Of a stretch of DNA of 64,000 nt, positions 48,285-59,125 are shown piece by piece. The translations under genes and the position numbers were made by a program. This stretch comes from Candidatus Heimdallarchaeum endolithica. GTDB lineage: Archaea > Asgardarchaeota > Heimdallarchaeia > Heimdallarchaeales > Heimdallarchaeaceae. How positions within the stretch are numbered: the stretch's first letter is position 1; each line of letters starts with the position of its first letter. Where the stretch lies: the NCBI GenBank assembly GCA_021513715.1, contig CP084167.1:672001-736000 (forward strand), read 5' to 3'. Under the pieces are notes generated by a model. That model had not been told where the DNA came from and made no database searches. It saw nothing but the letters and a program-made list of their open reading frames with translations.

Positions 48285-50645
48285 ATGAAAAATAGAATTG
48301 AAACAAAAAATAGAAATTTCATTTTGATTTTGGTAATGATATTTTTACTCAGTTTTTCAAGTGAACACATTTTAGTTAGCGCATCAATTACTATTTACTC
48401 AGAAAGCAATATACACTTCTCTGATGAAACTGCGGAAATCATAATAAATTCAGATGATGATTTTGTAAAATATGGATTTCCTGGTAATGGTTCAGTAGAT
48501 AATCCATATATTATAAGCAATTTAACTCTCAACACTTCGAAAATGTACGGTTTTGTTATTACTAACATAAGCTCTTATTTTATCATTGAAAACTGTTTTA
48601 TTAGATCTGCACATTATGGAATATTTATTGGTCATATTAAAGGAAATCATACAATTATTAGAAATAATACCTTTTATAAAAATCCAGTAGCTATTGAAAT
48701 CTCTCACGTACCTGGTATTTCTATTATAAACAACACTTTCAATGAAAATATAGATTTTGGAATATTTATTGAATACTCTCCCAATTCTACTATTAGCTCG
48801 AATAATTTCTACAAAAACGGTGTTGGTTATACAGGAAATGGTTTGATAATCAAAAGTTCTAAAGATTCAATTATATTAAACAACTCATTTGTTAGTGATG
48901 GTCTGGCTATTGATCCTTCTAATTCAGGAAATGAATTAAATTTATTCAATAATACTGTTAATAATAAAGAAATAGGTTACTTTTTAAGAAAAAACAACTT
49001 GAATATAGATCAATCTGTTTATGGCCAAATAATTATTACAGATTGTTATAATGTTAGTATTTCAAATCAACAAATTTCAGAAACAGATGTAGCTATTTCT
49101 ATTTATTATTCAACTAATGTATACATTTCTAACAATAATCTTAAGGTTAATGACAAGGGTATTTTCCTATTTCAAACATATAATTTTACAATAGAAGGCA
49201 ATTCACTTGAAAATAACTCTTTGTATGGTTTAGGAATTAATGATTGTACTAAATTTAACATTATAAATAATGATATTATCAAAAATAGAAAAGGAATAGA
49301 ACTTTTTATCATCGATGGATTTCTAAGTTCCAATATTACTAAAAATAGAATCAAAGAGAATTTAGAACAAGGAATAGCATTAAGTAGTGTAAATAAGGTA
49401 AACATAAGCGAGAATGTCATATTTAAGAACTTAGTTGGATTATATGCCTATTATTCTTCTGATGTTTATATAGTTTCAAATTATTTTGAGTCTAATTCAC
49501 TCTATGCGATAATTTTAATGGATAGTACAAGTGAATTCCATATTTACTATAACTATTTTACAGCAAATAACTATGAAAACGAAAATGAAAGCCAATGTTT
49601 AGATGATGGCATAGACAACCTTTGGTACAATCCTGAAACAAAGAAAGGGAATTATTGGTCAGACCTTTATCATGAAAAAGAATACATAATAGATGGTTTT
49701 GCAGAAAGTGTAGATCAATATCCAATAGACCTATTTATTATAGATTACCCCAATTTATTTAGTTGGAAACGTATAACAATTTTTCTTTTAGTTACAGTGG
49801 CCCTTATAGGAGGAGGAATTTATTTCTTAAGTAGAATAATTAAAAGAAACAATTCTTATCTTTCTGACAAAAAGAAAGAATCAAAGAATGAGGAAAAATT
49901 GATTTATGATCCTAAAAAAGAAAAAAAAGATAAGCACTTAAGTTCTCCAACTGCTACTTTGAATAAGCAAATCAAAAAACATTTAGCAAAGAGCTTTTCT
50001 AAATGGTTTATAGTGGGTTCATTTTCTGTTCTTCTCATCAGTTCTGGTTTTCTCGCATACAAAATTTCTGTTTCTCCTGATAACAATAATTCTAATATTA
50101 TCGTAAATTATGCACAAGCACTTCAACAGTCTATTCCTGAAGCTGTATATATAGAGATTATTGGTAATGCTACTTCTGCTATACATGAAGATTTAATAAA
50201 CGCATTCATTGAGAGAATAAATCCCTATCCTGATTTAGCGTGGAAAGTTACTGCTAATGTCCTTAAGTTTGATAATGAAGGGAGAGATTATCTTCAAGAA
50301 GTCACTTTTAATTTAAACAGTTCAGTCATTACAGAGATAGGTCAAAATCTTTTTGAATCACTTAATAACACTGAAATTTTGGGTTATTATGGTGAAAAGC
50401 CATATGACGATGCAAATACTTATGATGTAAATATTAAGTGGGGTCTAAGATTTTTCTTAGAAAATACTACAATTATTGAACTAACTGTTTTAGAAAATGG
50501 TCTGGTGGTTTATGCTAAAGGATATTGGGTTTCTTTTTCTGAGTTTTCAACAAATATGATTGGAGCATTAATTATTGGACCAGAGTCAGCTTTTGACAAT
50601 ACTGTTCAAACTCTAAAAGAGATATTTGAGGAAAATATAAAATAA
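48285..50645 (+). CDS. Secreted NosD/CASH-like beta-helix protein with two TM segments
   Basis: Signal peptide, GNGSVDNPYII, I.NN repeats, GNYWSD, DQYP, TM-loop-TM. Confidence 0.8.
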   Translation: MKNRIETKNRNFILILVMIFLLSFSSEHILVSASITIYSESNIHFSDETAEIIINSDDDFVKYGFPGNGSVDNPYIISNLTLNTSKMYGFVITNISSYFIIENCFIRSAHYGIFIGHIKGNHTIIRNNTFYKNPVAIEISHVPGISIINNTFNENIDFGIFIEYSPNSTISSNNFYKNGVGYTGNGLIIKSSKDSIILNNSFVSDGLAIDPSNSGNELNLFNNTVNNKEIGYFLRKNNLNIDQSVYGQIIITDCYNVSISNQQISETDVAISIYYSTNVYISNNNLKVNDKGIFLFQTYNFTIEGNSLENNSLYGLGINDCTKFNIINNDIIKNRKGIELFIIDGFLSSNITKNRIKENLEQGIALSSVNKVNISENVIFKNLVGLYAYYSSDVYIVSNYFESNSLYAIILMDSTSEFHIYYNYFTANNYENENESQCLDDGIDNLWYNPETKKGNYWSDLYHEKEYIIDGFAESVDQYPIDLFIIDYPNLFSWKRITIFLLVTVALIGGGIYFLSRIIKRNNSYLSDKKKESKNEEKLIYDPKKEKKDKHLSSPTATLNKQIKKHLAKSFSKWFIVGSFSVLLISSGFLAYKISVSPDNNNSNIIVNYAQALQQSIPEAVYIEIIGNATSAIHEDLINAFIERINPYPDLAWKVTANVLKFDNEGRDYLQEVTFNLNSSVITEIGQNLFESLNNTEILGYYGEKPYDDANTYDVNIKWGLRFFLENTTIIELTVLENGLVVYAKGYWVSFSEFSTNMIGALIIGPESAFDNTVQTLKEIFEENIK

Positions 50646-50657
50646 AAGGTGTGAATA

Positions 50658-51146
50658 ATGAATATCGTGGCTAAAGAAGAACAAGATATCATTGCTGAAC
50701 TTAAGGGTACAGCTTTACGTATTTTCCTTTTTCTTTTAAAGAATAATGAAATAGGAATACGTGATGCGCAAAGAAAATTAGGACTAAAAAGTGCTAGCCA
50801 TGTACAGTATCATTTACAGAGATTTGAACATCTAGGTATTGTAGAAAAAATGGCTAATAGTAGATACTATTTAACTCAGAGATATTCTGAACTTAGGAGC
50901 ATAAAACTAGGACTGCTAACTGAAATCTATATCTATAAAGGAGTTATAATTCCATCCATTGGTTTTTTTTCAGGAGCTTTATTTACAATCTTAATTTTTT
51001 CCTTAATTTTCTATTTCCAGGTAAGTAAACTTTCGGGGTTTATAATTAGCTTAATTGGCATCTTTTCCGCAGCTGTCTATTTTCTAATCCAAGCGATTCA
51101 AATTCTAAAAAACTTTAGTGAAACTGAAAAAAATAACAAAGTGTGA
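50658..51146 (+). CDS. Membrane-anchored winged-helix regulator
   Basis: IGIRDAQRKLGLKSASHVQYHLQRF followed by two TM helices. Confidence 0.8.
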   Translation: MNIVAKEEQDIIAELKGTALRIFLFLLKNNEIGIRDAQRKLGLKSASHVQYHLQRFEHLGIVEKMANSRYYLTQRYSELRSIKLGLLTEIYIYKGVIIPSIGFFSGALFTILIFSLIFYFQVSKLSGFIISLIGIFSAAVYFLIQAIQILKNFSETEKNNKV

Positions 51147-51216
51147 ACTATTGAAAAATTAAAAAGCAAACAAAAAAAGCAAAAAAAGTCATTTATTTTT
51201 CTCATTAAACTTTTTT

Positions 51217-53010
51217 TCATAATAGAAAAGAATCTTGAATGAGCTCAGCTATCCTCTTTTCTTCTATTTTATCAAAAAACTTACCTGTTTTTGGAATAGA
51301 GGTTAATTTGTTCCACAATTCTTTAAATTTTACTATATTATTTACAAAATTATCCATTTTTTTATTTGCAGAAAACGAAGAACCTTTAAAAACATAGCAA
51401 AAGATTATCCCTTCCTTATTTTTGAAAGTTAAGAAGTAATCATGATACTCAATCTGTTTTATTGAGCCTTCTGTGGCTAAAACCTCTTTTAGGATACTAT
51501 TCAAGGCAGATAGAAATCCTGAAAATAATATACTGTCATATTTTTCTTTACTAAAATTATAACTATAAAGAGGTATTCCATATTCATTTAGAATAAGTAA
51601 CATAACAGGAGTATCTTTTTCAATTGTCTCAAGTTCATAACTAACTCTTTGAATCATCTGAGATACCAAAGTGTCTACTTGAGTCTCTTCTATTCTTTGT
51701 TTTATACTTACATCAGAGTTTAGAATAGCTTTCCATTTTTTATGTTCTCTGATAATTGAATCATATTCTAAACTTATTTTCTGAGCCAAATTATCTAATC
51801 CTTGAGAAAAAGCTATTTCTTGAGCTTTTAATAGATCCTCTTGAACCTCATCAAAATTTAGCTGAATTAAGTTTATTTTTCCTTTTAACCAATAGGCTTC
51901 TGCTAAAAGTGACCTAGATATTTGCATTTCAGCAATTTTTAACAGTTTAGCATTAATAATTTTTAATTCCTCAATTATTTTACTTTCATTGAAGATTCTA
52001 AGCTCTTCTAACAGAATTTCTGTTAAATTCAACATTGCATGAATATTAATTTCATTATAAATTTCATTTTTCTCGATTATGGATCTTAGAAGGGAAATAG
52101 CTTTTGCTTGTGATTCAAATCTCTTCTTCTCTTTCAATATGCTTGCTTCAGTTAGTTGGGCATAAAAATTCAGAAACTTGTTTCTTTCTTTTTTTGATAA
52201 CTTTTTAAAATCATTCAAATATTCATTTGCTTTCGATATTTTACCAAGCAGAATGTGAAGCTTGGTTAGGTAGTATGTTGATTCTGCTATAATGTAATTA
52301 AATTTAACCAGCTTAGCATAATTTATGCTTTTATCAAAAAAGTCCAAAGCTAAATTGAAATCTCCTTTGCTGAAATAGACAATGCCTATGTTATTAAAAA
52401 CTTGTGAAATCCCAAACATATTTTCTTTTTCTTGATAGTTGATTAAAGCATCATTATAAAGTTCAACTGCTTTATTTAGATTACCTTTCAATCTATAAAT
52501 CTCACCTATAGAAATTAAAGTGTTATTAACTATTTGTTTTGAATTTAGTAATTCTCCATAAACAAGACATTCTTCAAAACAGCTTAGGCTTTGATTGAGA
52601 TTCCCTTTCTGAGCATTCAGTTTTCCTTCTCGATATTTTAAAAAAGCATAAATTTTAGTTTCTTTCTTGTCCTTAACTAAATTCAAGGAATCTTTAACTA
52701 AAGTGAGAGCTTTGGGTAAATCTTTGTATATTATTAATAAAGCTTGGCAGAGATTATAAATAGCATTTACTTCATCTTCATCTTTCTTTATTACTTTTGA
52801 TTTGTTCTTTTGAAAGTGTAACAGTATTTCTTTACTTTTTTTATTCTGGGACAATAAAAGAGAGAAAACTTCTATTAAATAATAATAAACATAGAAATCT
52901 TCTGCCACAAGTATCTTCTCTTTTTCAAGAAGTGCTAAAAGTTGATTCCCAAATAGTTGACAATCACTTACTTTACTAAACTCATAAGCTGTCTCAACTT
53001 TCAAAATCAA
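51217..53010 (-). CDS. TPR protein with C-terminal longin-like domain
   Basis: NNIGIVYFSKGDFNLALDFF; ILNEYGIPLY...LFSGFLSALNS. Confidence 0.8.
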   Translation of the reverse strand: MILKVETAYEFSKVSDCQLFGNQLLALLEKEKILVAEDFYVYYYLIEVFSLLLSQNKKSKEILLHFQKNKSKVIKKDEDEVNAIYNLCQALLIIYKDLPKALTLVKDSLNLVKDKKETKIYAFLKYREGKLNAQKGNLNQSLSCFEECLVYGELLNSKQIVNNTLISIGEIYRLKGNLNKAVELYNDALINYQEKENMFGISQVFNNIGIVYFSKGDFNLALDFFDKSINYAKLVKFNYIIAESTYYLTKLHILLGKISKANEYLNDFKKLSKKERNKFLNFYAQLTEASILKEKKRFESQAKAISLLRSIIEKNEIYNEINIHAMLNLTEILLEELRIFNESKIIEELKIINAKLLKIAEMQISRSLLAEAYWLKGKINLIQLNFDEVQEDLLKAQEIAFSQGLDNLAQKISLEYDSIIREHKKWKAILNSDVSIKQRIEETQVDTLVSQMIQRVSYELETIEKDTPVMLLILNEYGIPLYSYNFSKEKYDSILFSGFLSALNSILKEVLATEGSIKQIEYHDYFLTFKNKEGIIFCYVFKGSSFSANKKMDNFVNNIVKFKELWNKLTSIPKTGKFFDKIEEKRIAELIQDSFLL

Positions 53011-53379
53011 TAGACGTCTTTTTTCATTTGAAGATTTTTCACTCTTTTTTTCATAATCATCTATGTTGGAAATAATTTCAGAATATTTGGATGATTCTAG
53101 CGCTATTTCTTTTTCAATGAAATTTATTACCTTAATAAGAAATTTAACAAATTTGATTACTTAAGCTTAAAGAATATTTCTATTAGTGTGAAACTGTTGT
53201 AAAATAATACAAATTTTATCATCCAAGTCACCAAAATTGGAAATTTATAATTTATTTTTGAATTGAAATATTTTAATAGTTTTATGTCACTAACTTTACA
53301 ATATATTGGAAAAAATAAATAAATGCATCAATAAAATGGAATTTGTTCAATTAAAAATAAATTTTAAAGGGATGATTAG

Positions 53380-56300
53380 ATGAAAAAAAAAGTAGTTACT
53401 TTAATTTTTTTAGTGTTATTTATATTTCAAGCATCGTCATTATTTATAGAGACTAATGCTTCAAACTACCTATCTGTAAAACTTAAATGGAAAAACACTA
53501 AAACTTATGATTTTGGAGATATTTCTTTCTTTGATTATGACAAAGATGGAAAACTAGATGTTGTTCTTAAAACTGTGGATGGTATAGAAATTTACAACCA
53601 TAAAGGTGAACTAATAAAAAGAATTCCTTGCTTCATTTACAATACTCCCACTATTACAGATTTAGAAAAAGATGGAAGTATAGAATTTCTTGTTCCTAAT
53701 TATTATGGGATAGATATTTATAATGCTACTGGAAGCATAAAGAAAAGTCTGAGTTTTTATGGTAGAAACGCAAGGATAGTAGCTGCAGATATTAACAATG
53801 ATGGAAAAGAAGAGATAATTTATCATTCAATAAACGAAATATTTTGTTTTAACTACAATTTAGAAGAATTGTGGAGTTATCAGTTTGATAATCAAGATTA
53901 TTATGGAGATGTTTATGATCTAGTAGTTAACGCTGATTCTGATTTAGAAAAGGAGATAATTGTATATTTTGACCAAACTATTTTCTTGTTTGATACAAAT
54001 GGAGAGAAAATATGGTCAAAAGACCTTCCTTCTGAAGGAATTGTGGCTTATGACTTTAATAATGACGGTATAGATGAAATAATTGGCACTAAATCATCTG
54101 ATCATACTATTTATTCTTTAAACAGCAAAGATGGTTCAGAACTATGGAACAATGATATTGCTGTTAATTTAAATCCTTTACCTGTTGATCTTGATCAAGA
54201 TGGAGAAGTAGAAGTAATTACTCTTTCAACTGACAAAAATGCTTATACTTCTTACATTAATTACATTAATGGAGAAACAGGAGAAACTGAAAAACAAGTG
54301 GTTGCAGATTACAATTTTTTTGGTAATGCATATTATGATTTCTTTCCTGAATTTCCATCTGTAGGAGATTTTAATGGAGATGGGACATTAGATCTTATCT
54401 TTTTTGCTTTTTCATATGGTTATACTGTTTCAACAATGATTTATACAGCAAATGGTGCCAGGATAGCAGATTTTGCAGAAGGAATAATAACAGCGCCAAC
54501 AGTAGTAGATTTAGATAGAAATGGGAGAACAGAAATACTATTACTAGACTATACAGGAATTTACTGCTATGAGATTCTGGATGTTACATCTGGAAACAAT
54601 ATCTGGTATAAAAATGGAGGAAATGTAGGCAATTCAATGGTAGCTGATTCAGATGGAGATTTATTAGATGATCTAAGTGAAGAGTTTTACGGTACAGATA
54701 AAAATAACCAAGATAGTGATGGAGATGGACTAATAGATGGAATGGAGGTTTTAGGCGCTCGTTCTTCTCCATTAATAAAAGATACAGACGGAGATGGTCT
54801 AACAGATGATGTTGAATATGAAATAGGATTTAATACGAGATTGGATGACTTGAATTTAGATTATGATGGAGATGGTTTGAAAAACTATGATGAAGTCTTT
54901 GTTTATTCAACAAACCCTTTGTCTAATGACACAGATAGTGATATATTACTAGATAATGAAGAAATTAATACTTATGGAACAGATCCAACAAACAATGATA
55001 CAGACTCTGATGGAGTTATAGATGGTGAAGAAGTTTTTACTTATGGAACATCTCCTGTCGATAAAGATTCAGAAGACGATGGAATGGACGATGGATATGA
55101 GATATTATACAACTTAAATCCTCTTATTAACGATAGTTATGGAGATATTGACTCTGATGGTTTATTGAATATTGAAGAGTTTACATATAATTCCAACAGT
55201 TCAAATGTAGATACAGATAATGATACAATTTTAGATGGTGAAGAAGTTCATACTTATGGAACATTACCAACGAGCGATGACACAGATGGAGATAACCTCA
55301 AAGACAATGAAGAAATTAATATTTATGAAACAGATCCTACAAAAAAAGATACAGATTCAGATATTATGTGGGATGGTTGGGAAATTCAATATGGTTTTAA
55401 TCCCTTAATTAACGATGGAGGGGAAGATTTAGATTCTGATGGACTTTCTAATGCTGATGAATTCCTTTATTCAACTGAACCAAACAACACTGATACAGAT
55501 TCTGACAAACTCCTTGATGGAGAAGAAGTACATACTTATGGAACAGATCCAAAGAATATGGATAGTGATTATGATTTGCTCACTGATTATGAAGAAGTAA
55601 AAATTTACTCAACTAATCCTGCTTCAAATGATACAGACAGTGACTTAATGGATGATTATTATGAAGTTAATAATGGTTTAAACCCACTAGCAAATGATAC
55701 TTTAGGTGATCTTGATAATGACACTTTAACAAATTATGAAGAATTTTTGCTTGGTACTTCACCTAACAATAATGACACAGATGGAGATGGTATGAGCGAT
55801 GCTTTTGAATATCAATATGGACTTATTCTAACAGACAATGATTCTTCATTAGATAAAGATGAGGATGGATTGTCTAATCTTGATGAATTTTTATACAACA
55901 CCGATCCTACTTCTAATGATACAGATGGAGATGGAATGTTTGATGGTTTTGAAGTTCAATACAATCTTAATCCTATTTTAAATGACTCAGCAGGAGACCC
56001 TGATGCTGACGGAATTTCTAATATTGATGAGATGAACTACGGTTCTTCTCCTATAAGTTCAGATACAGATGGTGATCTTTTAACTGACCCTGAAGAGATA
56101 TTCATTTATCACTCTAATCCTGCAATAAAAGATACAGATAAAGATGGAATAGATGATGGAGATGAGGTACTAAAATTTGGTACAAGCCCAACAAATGAGG
56201 ACACAGACGGAGATTCTCTTAACGACTATGTTGAGCTATTTGTTTTCTTCACTGACCCAACTGACCCTGATACAGATAATGATGGTATGAACGATGGTGA

Positions 56301-57321
56301 TGAGATTGAAATAGGAAAAAATCCACTTGTCAAAAACTATTACACTCCTCTCTCCAAGCTACTACTCATTTTACCTATCGTTGGAGGAATTACTGGAGCA
56401 GGTGTTATAGCATACTTTTCAGTTATTTTTTCAAGAAATTTGAAAGAAAGAAAACGAAAAGAAATCGTAGAAAAAGAGATTATGTTACTCAAATCAGAGC
56501 ATCTTAATTTAGATGACAGAATTAACATCTTATCAAAGAAAAAGTTACTCTTTGCTGATAAATACACTTTTCGTTCTTTAATAGATATTACTAAACTTTA
56601 CTTCAACTTTCTTGCTAAATTTGATGACAAATATACTCTAATTCATAAATATAAAGAAGTAAGTAATCTCCAAGAATGGGAAGAAGTAAAAGAGAAAACT
56701 TTTTCATCGTTCAAAAAACTACTAAATGTAATAAAAACAGGGCTTGACAATTTAAATATTCATGATATTATTCAACAACAGTATCCTTCTTTGAAAGATA
56801 TTGATAAGAAAAAGGAACTTACATCAAAAGATGTCTTACAAATTCATTCTGATGGTAAAGATTTACACTCTTATATTGAAGAATTCAAGAAATATCTCAA
56901 GATTTTACTCAGAAGATTAAATGCTCTAGAATCACTTTTCAGAACAAAGGACGATCTTTTGAACATTGCTGCTTCGAGTTCAATTATTGCGACTTTAAAA
57001 GAAAAAGATGAGTTAGTAACCCAACTTGAGAAAAAAGAAATTAAATACATCAAAGAGAAAATAAATGCTGTTAATCATTGTATTTTTTGTGGAATTCAGA
57101 TTCCAGAAAATACAAAAACATGTTCAAACTGTCAACATCCACTTCCCTCTTGTCCTATTTGTGGAAATACATTCAAATTCTTTGATGAAATCTATACTTG
57201 TCCAGAATGCTTTGATAAGATTCATAAGGATGAACTTGAGATTTGGTTAGGAGACAAAGGAACGTGTCCTAAGTGTAATAAAGCTATTACATTATACAAC
57301 TTGGACATAGAGATAATCTAA
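53380..57321 (+). CDS. Single-pass receptor-like protein: FG-GAP propeller, Ca-binding repeats, TM, helical region, zinc ribbon, RING-like domain
   Basis: Signal peptide; DxDxDG motifs; TM LLLILPIVGGITGAGVIAYFSVIF; CPIC...CPEC...H...W...CPKC. Confidence 0.8.
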   Translation: MKKKVVTLIFLVLFIFQASSLFIETNASNYLSVKLKWKNTKTYDFGDISFFDYDKDGKLDVVLKTVDGIEIYNHKGELIKRIPCFIYNTPTITDLEKDGSIEFLVPNYYGIDIYNATGSIKKSLSFYGRNARIVAADINNDGKEEIIYHSINEIFCFNYNLEELWSYQFDNQDYYGDVYDLVVNADSDLEKEIIVYFDQTIFLFDTNGEKIWSKDLPSEGIVAYDFNNDGIDEIIGTKSSDHTIYSLNSKDGSELWNNDIAVNLNPLPVDLDQDGEVEVITLSTDKNAYTSYINYINGETGETEKQVVADYNFFGNAYYDFFPEFPSVGDFNGDGTLDLIFFAFSYGYTVSTMIYTANGARIADFAEGIITAPTVVDLDRNGRTEILLLDYTGIYCYEILDVTSGNNIWYKNGGNVGNSMVADSDGDLLDDLSEEFYGTDKNNQDSDGDGLIDGMEVLGARSSPLIKDTDGDGLTDDVEYEIGFNTRLDDLNLDYDGDGLKNYDEVFVYSTNPLSNDTDSDILLDNEEINTYGTDPTNNDTDSDGVIDGEEVFTYGTSPVDKDSEDDGMDDGYEILYNLNPLINDSYGDIDSDGLLNIEEFTYNSNSSNVDTDNDTILDGEEVHTYGTLPTSDDTDGDNLKDNEEINIYETDPTKKDTDSDIMWDGWEIQYGFNPLINDGGEDLDSDGLSNADEFLYSTEPNNTDTDSDKLLDGEEVHTYGTDPKNMDSDYDLLTDYEEVKIYSTNPASNDTDSDLMDDYYEVNNGLNPLANDTLGDLDNDTLTNYEEFLLGTSPNNNDTDGDGMSDAFEYQYGLILTDNDSSLDKDEDGLSNLDEFLYNTDPTSNDTDGDGMFDGFEVQYNLNPILNDSAGDPDADGISNIDEMNYGSSPISSDTDGDLLTDPEEIFIYHSNPAIKDTDKDGIDDGDEVLKFGTSPTNEDTDGDSLNDYVELFVFFTDPTDPDTDNDGMNDGDEIEIGKNPLVKNYYTPLSKLLLILPIVGGITGAGVIAYFSVIFSRNLKERKRKEIVEKEIMLLKSEHLNLDDRINILSKKKLLFADKYTFRSLIDITKLYFNFLAKFDDKYTLIHKYKEVSNLQEWEEVKEKTFSSFKKLLNVIKTGLDNLNIHDIIQQQYPSLKDIDKKKELTSKDVLQIHSDGKDLHSYIEEFKKYLKILLRRLNALESLFRTKDDLLNIAASSSIIATLKEKDELVTQLEKKEIKYIKEKINAVNHCIFCGIQIPENTKTCSNCQHPLPSCPICGNTFKFFDEIYTCPECFDKIHKDELEIWLGDKGTCPKCNKAITLYNLDIEII

Positions 57322-57422
57322 CCATCTTTTCTTTTTTTTGAGTAGAATTAATACTTTCAGTCACCTCTCTCTCCTTTCCAAAAAATAGTTAAATATTTAA
57401 CTTTAAAATATAATTACCTATT

Positions 57423-58439
57423 ATGACTATAAAATTTGATTTTTCTGCTTATTATGGGTTCAAAGAGTTAATTAAGAAAAAAGTAAAAAAAGAAAAAATC
57501 AATGAAGAGCTAGAAGAATTATTTTCAACGAAAGGATATGAAATATTATTTGAACAAGAATATAACAAGGATTTTTTCTCTAATATTTTTAAATTTGTTT
57601 TGTATCCTGAATTAGTGGAAGCAACAAAAAGTGAGAAATTAAAAAGATACGAAAGGTACATTAATCATTTTAAAAATATTATTTCGCTTCAAGATCAAAT
57701 TGAAGAAGGGATAGAAACTATAAAAAAACAAGCTAGTAAGTTTCAGTCCAATATCACAAATAGGGCTTTTTCTCTTCTTCCTTTTGTTGAAGAACAAGAA
57801 GTATCTGTTTTCATAACAGTTTTTGATATTGATGCAAGAGGAAGAAAAGATAATTGTATAGTAGTTGACCCTATTTTTTGCTCTCATACAGAAAGCTTTG
57901 CAGCAATATTAGCACATGAATTACATCATATTTATAGGAACAAACTGCTTTGTTTTGACTTAACAAAAGTAAAAGAGGAAGATAAGGAACTTATCTGGTT
58001 GCTGAATCAACTTCAAGGAGAAGGAATAGCAGATCAAATAGACAAGGAGTACTTTATTTTTTCAAAAGAAAAAACTATTTTTCCTGCAGAATATATTATA
58101 AGATTTATTCAAGATTTTAATACAGCTCGAGAAAAAATATCAATAATTAATAACTATATAGAAAAAGTAGCTCAAACTGTTGAACACAGTAAAAAGAAAG
58201 AACTACTAAAAGAGTTACTTGAAAAGATAACTCTAGGAGGACATCCTATTGGTTTTTACATGACGATGATTATTATCAAGGAGATGCTATATGATGAACT
58301 AATCAAAGATGTTGGTAATCCTTTCAGATTTATTAAACTTTACAATCAAGCAGCATTAGGAGATAGAGAACCTCTTCCTTTGTTCTCTAAAATGTCTTTA
58401 GAATATATCAACAAACTTGAAAAAGCATACTGTAAATAG
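57423..58439 (+). CDS. Putative zinc metalloprotease (DUF5700/DUF2268-like)
   Basis: LAHELHH, EGIAD, GHPIGFYM. Confidence 0.7.
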   Translation: MTIKFDFSAYYGFKELIKKKVKKEKINEELEELFSTKGYEILFEQEYNKDFFSNIFKFVLYPELVEATKSEKLKRYERYINHFKNIISLQDQIEEGIETIKKQASKFQSNITNRAFSLLPFVEEQEVSVFITVFDIDARGRKDNCIVVDPIFCSHTESFAAILAHELHHIYRNKLLCFDLTKVKEEDKELIWLLNQLQGEGIADQIDKEYFIFSKEKTIFPAEYIIRFIQDFNTAREKISIINNYIEKVAQTVEHSKKKELLKELLEKITLGGHPIGFYMTMIIIKEMLYDELIKDVGNPFRFIKLYNQAALGDREPLPLFSKMSLEYINKLEKAYCK

Positions 58440-58526
58440 CCAAAAACTAATTAGATTTTTCTTTTTACATTCACATAAAAGAGTTAAAAGAATAGGTTTT
58501 TATTTAGTAATTACTTTTGATCATCA

Positions 58527-59090
58527 ATGAGTTCTAGAGACACAAATGATATATTGTCAAAACTAGTTGATAATTTCATAAACAAAGTAGAAGATGAAAA
58601 CCCTTTAGATTTGGTAAACTATTTACTTAATAATGGAAAAAAAGAAGGATCCTTTAATCTAGATTTAGCCAGAAGTTTCTTAAACATACTTGAAAGAAAT
58701 TCAAAAAAAGATATGAATAAAACATGGAAACTTGCTCTTAAACTTGCTCAATTCCCATTTGAAAAAATACCCATGGAAAACAAAGATAATTATGATTTTA
58801 TTGTCTTTTTGGGTACATGGAGTTTGGGTCTCATTGCAGGTTTAAATCCAGCTTATATAGAATTAGCCACCCCGGTTATTCAATCTCTAGCAAACGACCC
58901 AAAAACCAAAAAAATAATTAAGCAAGCAAAGAAAGGTATTAACCAGACTATTACAAATACAAAAGAAGAAAAAGAAAAGGTACTTTTGAAAACAAAAGAA
59001 ATCATCGATAAATTAAGTTTTCAAGAAAAATTAGAAGATAAGACGAACAAGTTGATTTCTAAATTTAAGAAAAAAGATAAGAAAAAATAA
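58527..59090 (+). CDS. Hypothetical helical protein
   Basis: 187-aa ORF with no recognised motif. Confidence 0.6.
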   Translation: MSSRDTNDILSKLVDNFINKVEDENPLDLVNYLLNNGKKEGSFNLDLARSFLNILERNSKKDMNKTWKLALKLAQFPFEKIPMENKDNYDFIVFLGTWSLGLIAGLNPAYIELATPVIQSLANDPKTKKIIKQAKKGINQTITNTKEEKEKVLLKTKEIIDKLSFQEKLEDKTNKLISKFKKKDKKK

Positions 59091-59125
59091 TTTAGGAAAA
59101 GTAGGAAAACTTCAATTCTTTAAAA

